64,000 bases of DNA from Microcoleus sp. (GCA_052279835.1 CP181291.1:3712001-3776000); one strand, 5' to 3'. Positions 31,745 to 42,953 are shown, numbered from the stretch's first letter. Translations and numbers: made by a program. The notes: generated by a model not told the origin, from the sequence alone.

Positions 31745-31950
31745 ACAATGAATAATAATCCAAGTTTATCGGCATAAATACCTGTTTTACCAACCCAAAA
31801 AACGTTGAATTATTGCCGATATAACCGGATTTTTTCTACCTCTCTCAAAAGTATTTGCTTCAGAGCATAAATCAAAAATTAGCAGAAATTGTCAAAAAGT
31901 GATATACTGCAACATACATTCTGTAACCCCCGCTGTCTAGATAACTATTC

Positions 31951-34524
31951 ATGAAGGATTCGCTAGATCGCTTCTTACAAGTTGTATGGAAAGACCGACC
32001 CATTCGCCAGCGGGGAACAGTCATCGTAGCTATCCCCGTAATTTGTCTGTTTGCTTCGCTGATCGTCATAGCAGGACTGCGAAACAGAGCGATACAAACA
32101 AGAAAGGAACTAGATAGCAATAAGGAAATACTTCAGCAAACAAACCGTTTGTTAAAAACAGTGGTGGATGCGGAAACTGGTCTTCGAGGTTATGGGCTAA
32201 CCAAGCGGCGGGCATTTTTATCACCCTATTTTGAAGCAAAGAAAACTTTGCCTGAACAACTTTCTGAATTAAAAAATCTCACTAAAAAAAATTCAATTCA
32301 AAGTCAGCGATTTGCCGAAATTAAAAAAATCACGGAACAGCAAATAGATTTTTTGGAACAGACTCTAAACCAGATTGACAATTCAGACATCAAACCCCAG
32401 TCTCCGGAAATTACTCAGGCATTCACTGAAGGCAAATTCAAGATGGATAGGCTGCGGGAAAAAATTGATGCCTTTACAGACACAGGTGAAGCCTACAAGA
32501 ACCTTCTCAACCCAAAAATGCAGCAGTTGGTGGGTCTAATTAATTCCGTCCAATTTACGGCTTTAGCGGTGGGCTTTTTTGGTGCCACAGCTTCTTGGTA
32601 TTTATTTGATAGTTTAGACAAAGAATTGAACCAGCGGGAATCGAGTTTGCAAGAGAGTAAAACTCGCATTCAAGCTGTAGTCGATCGTGCAGCGGACGGT
32701 ATTATTACTTTGGACGAAACCGGCACTATTGAGTCTTTTAATGCTGCTGCTGAACGAATTTTTGGCTGGAGTGCAGATCGCATAATTGGCTCAAATCTCC
32801 GAAAATTGATCGCCAAACCTCAACCAGACAAAAGCACTGGCGATTATTCCATTGAATATTTTTTGCTAAATCCTGGTACTAAACTAAATGTTTATCAGCA
32901 AGAAACTACCGGAATTCGCGGGGACGGAAAAATTTTTCCAATGGAAGTGGCCATCAGCGAAATGCAGTTGAAAAATCAACGTTTATTCATTGCAATTTGC
33001 CGCGATTTGGGACAGCGAAAACAAGCTGAAGAAACTCTACGCAAGCAAGCAAAAATGCTTGACTTAGCCAACGATACGATCGCCCTACTGGACTTGAAGG
33101 GCAAAATCTCTTATTGGAACCATGGGGCGAAGCGACTCTACGGGTGGCGCAATTCCGAAGCAATGGGAAAAAATATTCATGAACTTTTGCAAACAGAATT
33201 GCCTCAAACGGCTGAGTCAATTCAAGAGCAGTTTTTCTCTACAGGAGATTGGCAAGGTGAACTGGTGCGTAGTAAGCGAGATGGCACAAAAATCACCGTA
33301 GCAAGTCGCTGGACTTTGCAGCGGGATGAAGAAGGCGAAGCCCAGGCTATTTTGGAAATTAGCAACGATATTAGCGATCGCAAATTGTCCGAAATTGCCG
33401 CTTCCGAAAGCGCCGAAAGGTTTCGCGCCACCTTCGAGCAAGCCGCCGTTGGGATGGCCCAAGCAAATCTCGAAGGCAAGTTGCTGCTAGTCAATCAAAA
33501 GCTTTGCGAAATTTTGGGTTACAGTCGAACCGAATTGAGCGAGAAAAATTTTCAAGAAATTACTTTACCCGAAGATTTGGAACCCGAACTGCATCATTTG
33601 CAACGGTTATTAGCAGGAGAAATTGAAACTTACTCTATGGAAAAGCGCTATATCCGCAAAAATGGAGATTTGATGTGGGCAAACTTGAGTGTTTCCCTGC
33701 TGCAAGAACAAAATGGCAATAAATATTTAATGGGTGCTGTAGAAAATATTATGGCACGCAAACAAGCTGAGGAATCTTCGCGCTTGCAACAAGCAGAATT
33801 GAGATGGATGGCGGACACCCTCGCTAAACTCAGTCAGGATTTAAGAAAGCAGAATCAAGAACTAGACCAGTTTGCCTATGTAGTTTCTCACGATTTGAAA
33901 GCGCCATTGCGGGCGATCGCCAATCTCAGCAGTTGGATAGAAGAAGACCTCAGCGACTCGATGACAGACGATACTCTACACCAAATGAACCTACTGCGCG
34001 GCAGAGTGCACAGAATGGAAGGTTTGATTGAAGGACTGCTGCAATATTCCCGCGTCGGACGGATGCAAGTGGCTTCCGAAACAGTGAAAGTAGATAAGTT
34101 ATTAGCAGAAATAATTGATTCCCTAGCACCCCCACTGGAATTTGTGGTGAAAGTGCAACCAGGAATGCCAACTTTTGTAGCCCAAAGACTGCTCTTGCAA
34201 CAGGTTTTTTCTAATTTAATTAGCAACGCCATCAAACATCACAGAAGTCCCACCGGTCACATCACCATCTCTGTGGAAGACATCGGTGATTTTTATAAAT
34301 TTGCTGTAGCAGATGACGGGCCGGGAATTGCGGCTCAGTATCACGAGAAAGTTTTTGTAATTTTTCAGACTTTGGAAGCTCGCGATCGAGTAGAAAATAC
34401 TGGTATTGGTTTGTCCCTGGTTAAGAAAATTGTGGAAAATCAAGGTGGAATTATTTCCTTGGAATCGGCAGAAGGTGAAGGGGCAACCTTTCGCTTTACT
34501 TGGCCTAAGCAGCCTATTAAGTAG
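31951..34524 (+). CDS. CHASE3/multi-PAS sensor histidine kinase
   Basis: DAETGLRGY (CHASE3), three PAS domains, SHDLKAPLR H-box, DDGPGI, GIGLS. Confidence 0.92.
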   Translation: MKDSLDRFLQVVWKDRPIRQRGTVIVAIPVICLFASLIVIAGLRNRAIQTRKELDSNKEILQQTNRLLKTVVDAETGLRGYGLTKRRAFLSPYFEAKKTLPEQLSELKNLTKKNSIQSQRFAEIKKITEQQIDFLEQTLNQIDNSDIKPQSPEITQAFTEGKFKMDRLREKIDAFTDTGEAYKNLLNPKMQQLVGLINSVQFTALAVGFFGATASWYLFDSLDKELNQRESSLQESKTRIQAVVDRAADGIITLDETGTIESFNAAAERIFGWSADRIIGSNLRKLIAKPQPDKSTGDYSIEYFLLNPGTKLNVYQQETTGIRGDGKIFPMEVAISEMQLKNQRLFIAICRDLGQRKQAEETLRKQAKMLDLANDTIALLDLKGKISYWNHGAKRLYGWRNSEAMGKNIHELLQTELPQTAESIQEQFFSTGDWQGELVRSKRDGTKITVASRWTLQRDEEGEAQAILEISNDISDRKLSEIAASESAERFRATFEQAAVGMAQANLEGKLLLVNQKLCEILGYSRTELSEKNFQEITLPEDLEPELHHLQRLLAGEIETYSMEKRYIRKNGDLMWANLSVSLLQEQNGNKYLMGAVENIMARKQAEESSRLQQAELRWMADTLAKLSQDLRKQNQELDQFAYVVSHDLKAPLRAIANLSSWIEEDLSDSMTDDTLHQMNLLRGRVHRMEGLIEGLLQYSRVGRMQVASETVKVDKLLAEIIDSLAPPLEFVVKVQPGMPTFVAQRLLLQQVFSNLISNAIKHHRSPTGHITISVEDIGDFYKFAVADDGPGIAAQYHEKVFVIFQTLEARDRVENTGIGLSLVKKIVENQGGIISLESAEGEGATFRFTWPKQPIK

Positions 34525-34655
34525 AAAGAAGAAGTCACCCCCCACTACCAAGAATGAAACCGCCTTACCCCCCCCAAGGGGGGAAATTCAGGAATAAGAA
34601 AGAAGGAATAGGTATAACATTCCCAAAAGCGCCTTAATAAACTAGATCGTTACTA

Positions 34656-35495
34656 TTAATTTGCTCTCTTTCTGGTCAAAATTCCTTGACTGGGACTTAA
34701 CAAAAAAGCTAGCAAAAATAACCCAAAAATAACCAACACGATCGCCGCCCCGGACGGCATATTCAAATAATAGCTGAGATACATACCAGTCACACTAGCT
34801 GTAATCCCAATAATTGCGCCCAATCCCATCATTAAATGTAACTCTTTCACCAACAAATACGCAGTAATTCCCGGCCCGATTAACAGCGCAATCACCAACA
34901 GCGCCCCCACGGTTTGCAAACTCGCAACAATCGTCAACGTAATCGCTGAAATCATCCCCAGATAAATCCAGTTTACAGGCAAACCGCTGGCCTGAGAGCC
35001 CAGGGGGTCAAAGGTATAAAACAGCAGTTCCTTATAACAAATTTTCACCGCCACCAAAATTATCAATGTGGTGACAAAAGTTTGCTGCACGTCGGCTGGT
35101 GCAACGGACAAAATATTGCCAAATAAAAAGCCGTCCAAGTCTAACTTGGTGGTTCGCAACAAACTAATCAGCGTGATGCTAATAGCTAAAAATGTAGACA
35201 AAATTAATGCCATAATTGCATCTATTTTGATTCGGGATTGTGACTGAATCCAGGCCATGATGCCAGCACTGATTATCCCTGATATAAACGCGCCGATCGC
35301 CATAGGGAAACCCAAAGCAAAAGCCACGGGCAATCCAGCTAGCACGGAATGGGCAATCATGTCAACCATCATGCCCATTTGCTGTACAATTAAATAGGAG
35401 CCGACCACCGCGCAGAGTATTCCTAGTAATACGCCGATCGCGATCGCATTACGCATAAACTCAAATTTCAAAGGCTCAATTAGCAAGTTTAACAT
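34656..35495 (-). CDS. Zn/Mn ABC transporter permease
   Basis: DMIAHSVLAG, LFGNIL, TFDP, VGALLVIALL. Confidence 0.92.
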   Translation of the reverse strand: MLNLLIEPLKFEFMRNAIAIGVLLGILCAVVGSYLIVQQMGMMVDMIAHSVLAGLPVAFALGFPMAIGAFISGIISAGIMAWIQSQSRIKIDAIMALILSTFLAISITLISLLRTTKLDLDGFLFGNILSVAPADVQQTFVTTLIILVAVKICYKELLFYTFDPLGSQASGLPVNWIYLGMISAITLTIVASLQTVGALLVIALLIGPGITAYLLVKELHLMMGLGAIIGITASVTGMYLSYYLNMPSGAAIVLVIFGLFLLAFLLSPSQGILTRKRAN

Positions 35496-35615
35496 TTATA
35501 GGACAAGGAACAACGCGCAGGAAACAATGCAGTCATAATCAATGGCACAACCCTGCACAGGCAGGATGCCCGTGCTACCATTAATTTTACAGGTAAAAAT
35601 ATATTTTCATCGACC

Positions 35616-36335
35616 TCAAACCGAAACTAAACTTAAATCATAACCATAGGCTTTATGAATATTAGCCACTGTCAGCACTTCTTTACAGGAACCAATCGCA
35701 ATTAATTGTTTGTTCAACAACAATAAATTATCATACTTTTTTAAATTTTCTCCTAAATCGTGACTAATTACTAGCAAAGTTTTATTGGCGGCTTTGAGTT
35801 CAGCAAAAATATCAAAAACAATCTCTTCTGTTGCTTTGTCAATGGCATTAAAAGGCTCATCAAAGAAGAATAAATCGGCCTGTTGGGCGATCGCCCTTGC
35901 TAAGAAAATTCGCTGCTGCTGACCCCCTGAAAGTTCGCCAATTTGCCGATCGCGCAAATCCCACATTCCCACCCGCAACAAAGCAGTTTTCACCAATTCC
36001 TGCGACTGACGGGAGGGACTGCGAAACCAACCAGTCTGGACTGTGCGCGCCATCATCACCGCATTCCACACCGTAATCGGATAATCCCAGTCAATTTGCG
36101 ATCGCTGCGGCACATAAGCTACCCGCCCCAACTGTTCCTTCAACAACCGCCCCTGATATTTTACCCTACCCCGACAGGCTGGAATCAATCCCAACATGGC
36201 TTTCACCATCGTGCTTTTCCCCGCGCCGTTGGGCCCGAAGACTCCCGTTAACTGTCCTGATGCTAAATGGAAATTGATGTTGTTCAGGGCCGAAATTCCT
36301 CGATAATTGACAGCCAAGTCTTGAACTTCTAGCAT
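35616..36335 (-). CDS. Zn/Mn ABC transporter ATP-binding protein
   Basis: GPNGAGKST, YVPQRSQIDW, LSGGQQQR, DEP. Confidence 0.93.
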   Translation of the reverse strand: MLEVQDLAVNYRGISALNNINFHLASGQLTGVFGPNGAGKSTMVKAMLGLIPACRGRVKYQGRLLKEQLGRVAYVPQRSQIDWDYPITVWNAVMMARTVQTGWFRSPSRQSQELVKTALLRVGMWDLRDRQIGELSGGQQQRIFLARAIAQQADLFFFDEPFNAIDKATEEIVFDIFAELKAANKTLLVISHDLGENLKKYDNLLLLNKQLIAIGSCKEVLTVANIHKAYGYDLSLVSV

Positions 36336-36347
36336 AATTTGAGATTT

Positions 36348-36411
36348 TGAGAACGATTCTTGTTTCCAGCTACTACAATAGAATAGCTCAAAAAACCAAT
36401 AATGATTATCG
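36348..36411. promoter_or_regulatory. Possible Fur/Zur-type boxes in the divergent promoter
   Basis: TGAGAACGATTCTTG (36348-36362) and CAATAATGATTATCG (36397-36411) partly match a 7-1-7 TGATAATNATTATCA palindrome. Confidence 0.45.
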
Positions 36412-36424
36412 TTTCTGAAGTCTT

Positions 36425-37438
36425 ATGTTCCAGAAGTTGACGGAGAAAACCAGCAGAGTCAGCGGTGTGGCGGTTTTGGCGATCGCGCTAGGATTAGTTG
36501 GATGCAGTGAAAAGCCCCAAGCCAGCAATCCCATACCTGAGAGTCCGGCGACCAATTTGCCAAAAGTAGTGGCCACTACTGGTGTTATTTGCGACATCAC
36601 TAAAGAAATTGCCGCAAGTTCGATCGACACTATTTGTTTAATTAAACCCGGAGATGACCCCCACGCCTATCAAACCAAGCCCGAAGACCGCAAAGCGATT
36701 GAAACGGGCAATCTGATTTTATACGCAGGTTACGACCACGAACCAACTATCATTAAACTGATCCAATCTACTACCAATTCTGCGCCCAAAATCGCCGTCC
36801 ACCAACTCGCAGTACCCAAACCACTCATGGGCGAACACGAGCACGAAGCAGAACACAAAACCGCAGCCAAACCCCATGAAGCAGAGGAAAAAGTTCCTGA
36901 CCCTCATGTTTGGCATAATCCTCAAAATGGCATTCTGATGGTGGAAGTAATTCGCGATGAATTAAAAAAAGTTGCTCCTAATAACGCTGAAATTTATACT
37001 ACAAATTCCGCCAAATTAATAGCAGATTTACAAAAATTAGATACTTGGATTAAAGCTCAAATTGCGACAATTCCCCAAGCTAAACGCAAGTTAGTCACTA
37101 CTCACGATGCTCTGAGTTACTATGCTAATGCTTACGGTTTCGAGGTAGCTGGAGCTTTGCAGGGTGTGACTACAGAAGAACAGCCCACAGCGGCTAGAAT
37201 CGCCGAATTGTCATCAGAAATTAAGAGGGCGGGAGTACCGACAATTTTTGTGGAAAGTACGACTAATCCCAAGTTGATGGAGACTGTGGCGAGGGAGGCT
37301 AATGTCAAAATTTCCGACAAGGAACTCTACAGCGACGAGTTGGGGGCTCCTGGTAGCGGCGCTGATACCTATGAGGGGATGCTGAAAAGTAATACTTGTG
37401 CCATTGTTTCTGGGCTTGGGGGAAATTGCACTCTTTGA
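36425..37438 (+). CDS. Zn/Mn ABC transporter substrate-binding lipoprotein
   Basis: Lipobox LVGC, DPHAY, His-rich loop, DPHVW, THDA. Confidence 0.92.
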   Translation: MFQKLTEKTSRVSGVAVLAIALGLVGCSEKPQASNPIPESPATNLPKVVATTGVICDITKEIAASSIDTICLIKPGDDPHAYQTKPEDRKAIETGNLILYAGYDHEPTIIKLIQSTTNSAPKIAVHQLAVPKPLMGEHEHEAEHKTAAKPHEAEEKVPDPHVWHNPQNGILMVEVIRDELKKVAPNNAEIYTTNSAKLIADLQKLDTWIKAQIATIPQAKRKLVTTHDALSYYANAYGFEVAGALQGVTTEEQPTAARIAELSSEIKRAGVPTIFVESTTNPKLMETVAREANVKISDKELYSDELGAPGSGADTYEGMLKSNTCAIVSGLGGNCTL

Positions 37439-37565
37439 TGGATTTTCGGTATTTTTTGAATTGATATTAAATTTTAGGGTGCGTCCTGTGAGTTTTTGGA
37501 ACAATTTTTAGAGGTTCGGGAAGTGACGCACCTTATCAATTGCCACCCTAGGAACTGGGTGTCAA

Positions 37566-37820
37566 CTAGGATTGCTCATCGGTACTGGGAGGTTTTTGCC
37601 CTATGCCCAATTGTTTCTTGGATAATTTTAATTCTTTCCACAGCGCTTTAATATCTTTATAAGCTTTCTCAGCGCTAATTTTGCCCCCTGTTTCCAGGGA
37701 ACAAATGTAAGTTATTTTTTGAGCAAACTCTTGCAAGTTGGCATTGAACGCCAAGTTTTCTGGCGTAAAATCGCCGTAGTAGCGATGGCGAGGATGTAAA
37801 AAGTCTTCCCGCTCGGTCAT
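37566..37820 (-). CDS. Conserved cyanobacterial hypothetical protein
   Basis: RYYGDFTPENLAFNANLQEFAQ..LETGGK motif; AGGAGG RBS. Confidence 0.75.
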   Translation of the reverse strand: MTEREDFLHPRHRYYGDFTPENLAFNANLQEFAQKITYICSLETGGKISAEKAYKDIKALWKELKLSKKQLGIGQKPPSTDEQS

Positions 37821-38055
37821 TGCCCCCCTCCTAATTCCTGTTTGTAATGGCGATCGCTTGCTTCCATTGTAGGGCGCAAGTAGCAATTGCTTTATTTTGC
37901 CTTGTACTTACTTTATTAATCTAATTTTAACCTGATTTTACCCTAATTTTAACTTTTTTTTAACCTTATTTCACCAAAATTGGGAGCTGCGGATACCGCA
38001 ACTCCCTTTTCGTATAGTTTACAGCTTTTTCTTAACTTGGGTGCAAGCTCAGCAC

Positions 38056-38223
38056 TTACTTGTGGCAGTCGCAGCCGGCGTGGCCACAGCCAGTGCCGTT
38101 GGGGTGTCCGTCGGCGCAAGCAGTGGAACAGTATTGTTTGCCGTCTTTTTCAATGGCTGCACTCAGGTTGACAGTGCACAAGCAAGATGGACAGGCACAT
38201 TTTGTTTGGGTTGCAGTGGTCAT
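38056..38223 (-). CDS. smtA: Metallothionein SmtA
   Basis: KCACPSCLC..YCSTACADGH..GCGHAGCDCH; divergent from smtB. Confidence 0.95.
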   Translation of the reverse strand: MTTATQTKCACPSCLCTVNLSAAIEKDGKQYCSTACADGHPNGTGCGHAGCDCHK

Positions 38224-38258
38224 AGTGTTTTTTCGTGGTAGGTTGGTTTGTTTATATT

Positions 38259-38284
38259 TATATATGAACACATATTCAGGGATA
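38259..38284. promoter_or_regulatory. SmtB operator (12-2-12 type inverted repeat)
   Basis: ATATGAACACATATTCAG core between smtA and smtB, like the TGAACA-N-TATTCA smt operator. Confidence 0.75.
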
Positions 38285-38395
38285 AGTCAAGGGGAGAGCA
38301 AATATTTTTGAAAGTGGGCGGAGGGACTATGTAGAAATCCTCAAATCTCAAATCGCATTAAAATGACAATGAGAACCAAAATACATCTTGAAAGA

Positions 38396-38806
38396 ATGTT
38401 ATCTAACTCTGCTGTGAATGGGGCGGTAAATGGACCGATCGCCCAAAATGATACACCAATCTGCGATCGACCGCACCTAGTTGACAGTTTGCGAGTCCAG
38501 GATATTCAAACACAAATTCTCGACACCACCAAAGCTCAGCGCATGGCAGAATTTTTCAGTCTTTTGGGAGATGCGAACCGCCTGCGACTGTTGTCGGTTT
38601 TGGCAAAACAAGAACTCTGCGTGTGTGATTTGGCGACAACTTTGGGGATGAGCGAATCGGCTGTGTCCCACCAGTTGCGGGCGTTGCGGGCGATGCGATT
38701 GGTACGTTATCGCAAGGTGGGGAGACAGGTTTTTTATAGTTTACTCGATCGCCATGTTTTGGAACTTTATAATGCCGTGGCGGAACACTTAGATGAAGCC
38801 GATTAA
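38396..38806 (+). CDS. smtB: Zn-sensing repressor SmtB/ZiaR
   Basis: [18 protein letters not shown], alpha5 site D.HV....EHLDE; start uncertain (38363 possible). Confidence 0.9.
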   Translation: MLSNSAVNGAVNGPIAQNDTPICDRPHLVDSLRVQDIQTQILDTTKAQRMAEFFSLLGDANRLRLLSVLAKQELCVCDLATTLGMSESAVSHQLRALRAMRLVRYRKVGRQVFYSLLDRHVLELYNAVAEHLDEAD

Positions 38807-38812
38807 GCTTTT

Positions 38813-38905
38813 GGGAATCGGGAATTGGGAATTGGGAATTGGGAATGGGGAATTGGGAATTGGGAATTGGGAATTGGGAATTGGGAATGGGGAATTGGGA
38901 ATGGG
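38813..38905 (+). repeat. STRR heptamer tract (GGGAATT)
   Basis: Visible tandem 7-mers. Confidence 0.9.
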
Positions 38906-39055
38906 CCATTGGTGTCAACTTAAGCTGTCAGCCCGCCAAGTCCCGCCCGTCATCCCGCGAGTCCGACAGGGGTTTCAACCCCTGTCTAATAGAAGACAGT
39001 CCTCTCAAAGAGGACTAATGAGTTGAAAATTCTTCTCTTCAGTCCTCTTTAGAGC
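38906..39055 (+). mobile_element. Truncated copy of the MITE at 50659-50869
   Basis: Same left end CCATTGGTGTCAACTTAAGCTGTCAGC and similar internal palindromes; no right TIR. Confidence 0.6.
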
Positions 39056-39613
39056 GTTCCACGGGCGCCGCACGCCCGTTATGGGTAAAAGAAACTGTCA
39101 AGCGATCGCCAAAAGTTGTGAGCGATCGGATATATTATCCCTGTGTCCCGATAGTCAGACCGACAAGTCAATGGTGCTTAGAAGAGCCTGATTTAGATCG
39201 AGCTGCTAATGCCTTCCGTTTGGCTGCTCAATCTTTATCTCGCTCTCAATCAGCTTTAGAGAACACAGAGGACACAGAGCAAGAGAATATGTGATAAGTA
39301 AGTCCACGTAATTAAATGCAACATCCAAATCGCTTAAAAGCTTACTGGCTTGCGATTCTTCCTTCTTCCTGAATTTCCCCCCTTGGGGGGGGTGACTTCT
39401 TCCTTCTACTTATGACAGTATTTTCCTGGTTCCCTATTTATGTTAAAGCCCCGACTTTTTTAAGAAGTCAGGGCTCTCGGTATTATGTTTTTGAGGTTTG
39501 CTTAACTATTTAGTAAAGTACCCACAGACAATATTCCATACTACCTCATACTACATACCTGTTGATATAAAATTCAAAGTACACACCTAAAAAAAACTGT
39601 TTGAAACTAACTT

Positions 39614-39838
39614 TTATTCTGCACTATCCTGGGGTATAATTAATCTGGGACACACGTATTGCCCACCATCCGTATCTCTACAAGGCCGCCTCGAATAACT
39701 CGACGTAAACAACTCAACTTCGTGATTAACCGTAGACTTAACAGTCACAGGACTTGGCAGTGCTTGAGAAGCTGGACTCAGATCGACTAGAGTTATAATT
39801 GCCAGTATTGTTGATGAAATCAAAACATTAGGTTTCAT
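39614..39838 (-). CDS. Small putative secreted peptide
   Basis: ATGA overlap with the TPR gene stop; signal peptide-like N-terminus ending ASQA; two Cys. Confidence 0.55.
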   Translation of the reverse strand: MKPNVLISSTILAIITLVDLSPASQALPSPVTVKSTVNHEVELFTSSYSRRPCRDTDGGQYVCPRLIIPQDSAE

Positions 39839-40560
39839 TTCTTTGTTTTTTCCTCTTTTAAGCTTTGACGTGCCATTCCTATCCATATATCCTCATCCAA
39901 TTCTTGAGAATCCGCATACTTAAGACAAATTTTCCATAAAGGTTGAGCTTCTTTCGTCTTTTTCATCCCTTCTAGAACTTGTGCTTTTAAACAGTAAGTA
40001 GCCGCTCTTTCGCTATCTATCTTGCTCGCTGCGTCCAGATGTTGCAGCGCTTCTGGATATCGAGCCTGTTTCAAGCGAGCCCAACCCAAATTTTTGAGCA
40101 AAGAATATTTGACTTGATCGTCCTTAGCTAATTTTAAACCTTGCAAAAGCAAATGAACAGCAGCAGGATAGTTTTTATCGTGAAGAATATATAACCGCGC
40201 TAGGTTACTGTAAGCAGCAGGCAAACCCAATTTAGCAGCTTCGCGATATTTTCCTCGCGCACATCCCAAATCCTGTACTTCTTCGCACAGCCATCCTAAA
40301 TTATAAAGAGCAGTTCTGTTTTTGGGATCTAAAGACAGGGCTAATTGATAGGATTCTTGAGTATCAGCCAATCGATCCGCCTTATAGTTTTCAAATCCTC
40401 TATTATTAAAAAGGGATGCGAGTTCCGGCAACCCTATTTGCCAGCCACCAAACCCTACTGTCAGCATTAAGAGCAAAGCAGCCCACTTTGAGTTATGATG
40501 CTTTTTAGGTGGCTGTTTTATAGCATTAGAAATGTTAGCTAATGGTTTTGTGTTTAGCAT
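39835..40560 (-). CDS. Membrane-anchored TPR protein
   Basis: TM helix then TPR units (ALYNLG, AYSNLA, LKNLGWA). Confidence 0.85.
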   Translation of the reverse strand: MLNTKPLANISNAIKQPPKKHHNSKWAALLLMLTVGFGGWQIGLPELASLFNNRGFENYKADRLADTQESYQLALSLDPKNRTALYNLGWLCEEVQDLGCARGKYREAAKLGLPAAYSNLARLYILHDKNYPAAVHLLLQGLKLAKDDQVKYSLLKNLGWARLKQARYPEALQHLDAASKIDSERAATYCLKAQVLEGMKKTKEAQPLWKICLKYADSQELDEDIWIGMARQSLKEEKTKK

Positions 40561-40808
40561 ATTTTGACTTGAAAGTAGAGAGATATTTAATTTGCGATAT
40601 GGCGTAATGTTGACACTACGTATATGTATGCGACCATAGATTAATCCTTCATCGATTCCGAGGGACTATCAGGAGAGTTGCAGAAAATCAATCACTAGAC
40701 TTGGCTATGAACGAGATATACCAAGGCTTTCAGACTTAATTCCTTCTTACTTCCCCCCTTGGGGGGGGGCTGGGGGGGGTGACTTCTTCCTTATTCCTTC
40801 GGTTATAA

Positions 40809-41276
40809 TTAAAACTGCTTCATCGCGCGTTCCATATCCCGCTTGTCGTCGCGTTTCTTCATATCTTCCCGCTTGTCAAACAGTTTTTTGCCTTTCCCCA
40901 AACCGATATCCAGTTTTACCCATCCGCCTTTCAAATACATTTTTAACGGCACTAAAGTCAAGCCTTTTTCTTCCACCTTACCAATTAATTTACGAATTTC
41001 CTGCTTGTGCATCAGCAGTTTGCGGGTGCGACGGGGTTCGTGATTAAAATAGTTGCTAGCACTTCTCCAAGGGGAAATATGAACGTTAATCAGCCACAGT
41101 TCACCATTGCGGACTAAAGCATATCCATCCCGCAAATTAGCTTTACCTTCCCGAATTGATTTGACTTCGGTTCCCTTCAACTCGATTCCCACTTGATATG
41201 TATCTATAATTTCATAGAGATGCCGCGCTTGTCGGTTATCACTAAGAATTTTGTATCCTGGACTTTTTTCGCTCAT
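40809..41276 (-). CDS. smpB: SsrA-binding protein
   Basis: GIELKGTEVKSIR, NHEPRRTRKLL, GKGKKLFDKRE. Confidence 0.97.
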   Translation of the reverse strand: MSEKSPGYKILSDNRQARHLYEIIDTYQVGIELKGTEVKSIREGKANLRDGYALVRNGELWLINVHISPWRSASNYFNHEPRRTRKLLMHKQEIRKLIGKVEEKGLTLVPLKMYLKGGWVKLDIGLGKGKKLFDKREDMKKRDDKRDMERAMKQF

Positions 41277-41410
41277 TGTTATCTTCCCTTTATCTCCCTT
41301 AAAATTATTATAACTCTAGCTTCTCTGTAGAGAAAACAGAAGCTTGACAAAACTTAAATTACAAGTCTAGGCATTACCAATTTTGCTGAGCTAAGATGTC
41401 ACCAACGTGA

Positions 41411-42949
41411 ATGTCAAGCGGTATCATGCAGCGCACCAAGATTCCTGATTCTGGTATCCCAGATTCTGTCAGTCCCCATCCTGCGGTTAATTTGGTTTTG
41501 CTAGCTCCTTCTGTGCTCGCACTCACTTGGTTTTTGGCAAATATCTCGGCTGTTAAGTGGCTGTTATCCTCGTTGGTCGAGATACCAACTCTCTACAAGA
41601 TACTAATTGGTTTATTGATTGTAGCATTAGTGGTGCGATCGATTGGAACTTCGGGGCGATCGCGCCCATCGATGCCAAAATTTGTTTTGAGGCGCTATCC
41701 CCTGCTGCTGATGTTGGGGGCCGGCATTTGCTCGATCGCACTTCAGTCCATAATTGAGATCCAACATATCACCGTACTGCTGTTTATCCTAGGAACCTAC
41801 GGATTATACGGCTTGTTTTCCGAACCCCATTTTTGGCAAAAAAACTTGCCCGTTGCAGGCTTATTGGCTTGTATTTTACCATTCAACAGTCAGTTGAGTA
41901 GCGGTTTAGGTTTACCAGCGCGAGTGATAACTGCACAAGTAGTAGAACAATTACTCTCGGCGTTGCAAATCGGAGCTATTTCCTCCTACGATATCATCGT
42001 GTTAGAAAATGGCATCGCCCATGTTGACGTACCTTGCAGCGGCATTAAAACCTTATTTGTCGGGACGCTATTTTTGCTGACAGCGACTTGGATTGAAAGT
42101 CGTAAATTAGGTTTAAAATGGCTGGCTTTATGGGCTGCTAACTTCTTAATGTTAGTTTCGGCTAATGCCGCACGAGTTGCAGTGCTAGTCCTAGTTACCA
42201 TAGTTTTTCAACAGCAAATGTATGCGGAAATTCTGCACGTACCCCTAGGAATTGTGGGATTAGTCTCTACTTGTTTTTTGACTTGGCTGATGTTGCAAAA
42301 AATTCCCAAAATTCCAGAATTACCAGTAAGTAATTTTTCCCAAAAAGACGACTCAGAAATATTCAGGAATCAGCCTTTAGCCCCACTCGGAGTAATTGCC
42401 GTAGTGGTCGTTATGGGGCTGGTTTCTCAATTATATCATGTAGAAAGTGCCAAAGTGGCGATCGCCCCCTTGAACATCCCACCACAAATTATATCCCAGT
42501 CCATACCCCTCAACCCCAGGGAACAAGAATTCTTTGGTAATTATCCCGGAACACAGACAGAAAAAATCAGATTTGTGTCAGGAAAATTGCGCGGTTCCCT
42601 GCTGACAGTTGCTAGCACATCTTGGCAGACATATCACGCACCGGAGTTATGTTTTTTCGCTAGTGGCATTCCAGTCGATCGCATCGAAAAAAAACAGCTA
42701 ACATCAGAGGTGATAGCCCGCTGGCTGTCTCTCAAAAACAACCAACTCTCCGCCGCATACTGGCTCCAATCCACCCAAGGAACAACAGATAACTTCTTGT
42801 CACGCATCAGCAGCGATATTCGTCACAAAAATCAAACTTGGGTGTTAGTCTCCATGCTCTTTGACAGTTATGTAAAACCGGAAGATTCGGAAATAAAAAA
42901 CTTCATTACCGATGTCCATGATGCCGTCAATATTAGCTTAAAAGGATAA
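41411..42949 (+). CDS. xrtO: Exosortase O
   Basis: Multi-TM, VDVPCSG catalytic Cys, N..R, ILHVPLG, HAPELC; next to a PEP-CTERM protein. Confidence 0.8.
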   Translation: MSSGIMQRTKIPDSGIPDSVSPHPAVNLVLLAPSVLALTWFLANISAVKWLLSSLVEIPTLYKILIGLLIVALVVRSIGTSGRSRPSMPKFVLRRYPLLLMLGAGICSIALQSIIEIQHITVLLFILGTYGLYGLFSEPHFWQKNLPVAGLLACILPFNSQLSSGLGLPARVITAQVVEQLLSALQIGAISSYDIIVLENGIAHVDVPCSGIKTLFVGTLFLLTATWIESRKLGLKWLALWAANFLMLVSANAARVAVLVLVTIVFQQQMYAEILHVPLGIVGLVSTCFLTWLMLQKIPKIPELPVSNFSQKDDSEIFRNQPLAPLGVIAVVVVMGLVSQLYHVESAKVAIAPLNIPPQIISQSIPLNPREQEFFGNYPGTQTEKIRFVSGKLRGSLLTVASTSWQTYHAPELCFFASGIPVDRIEKKQLTSEVIARWLSLKNNQLSAAYWLQSTQGTTDNFLSRISSDIRHKNQTWVLVSMLFDSYVKPEDSEIKNFITDVHDAVNISLKG

Positions 42950-42953
42950 AAAA

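Noticed and set aside
40560..41410. tmRNA or tRNA next to smpB
   Set aside because: No tRNA-like ends or tag reading frame recognisable; no tRNA or rRNA seen anywhere in the window
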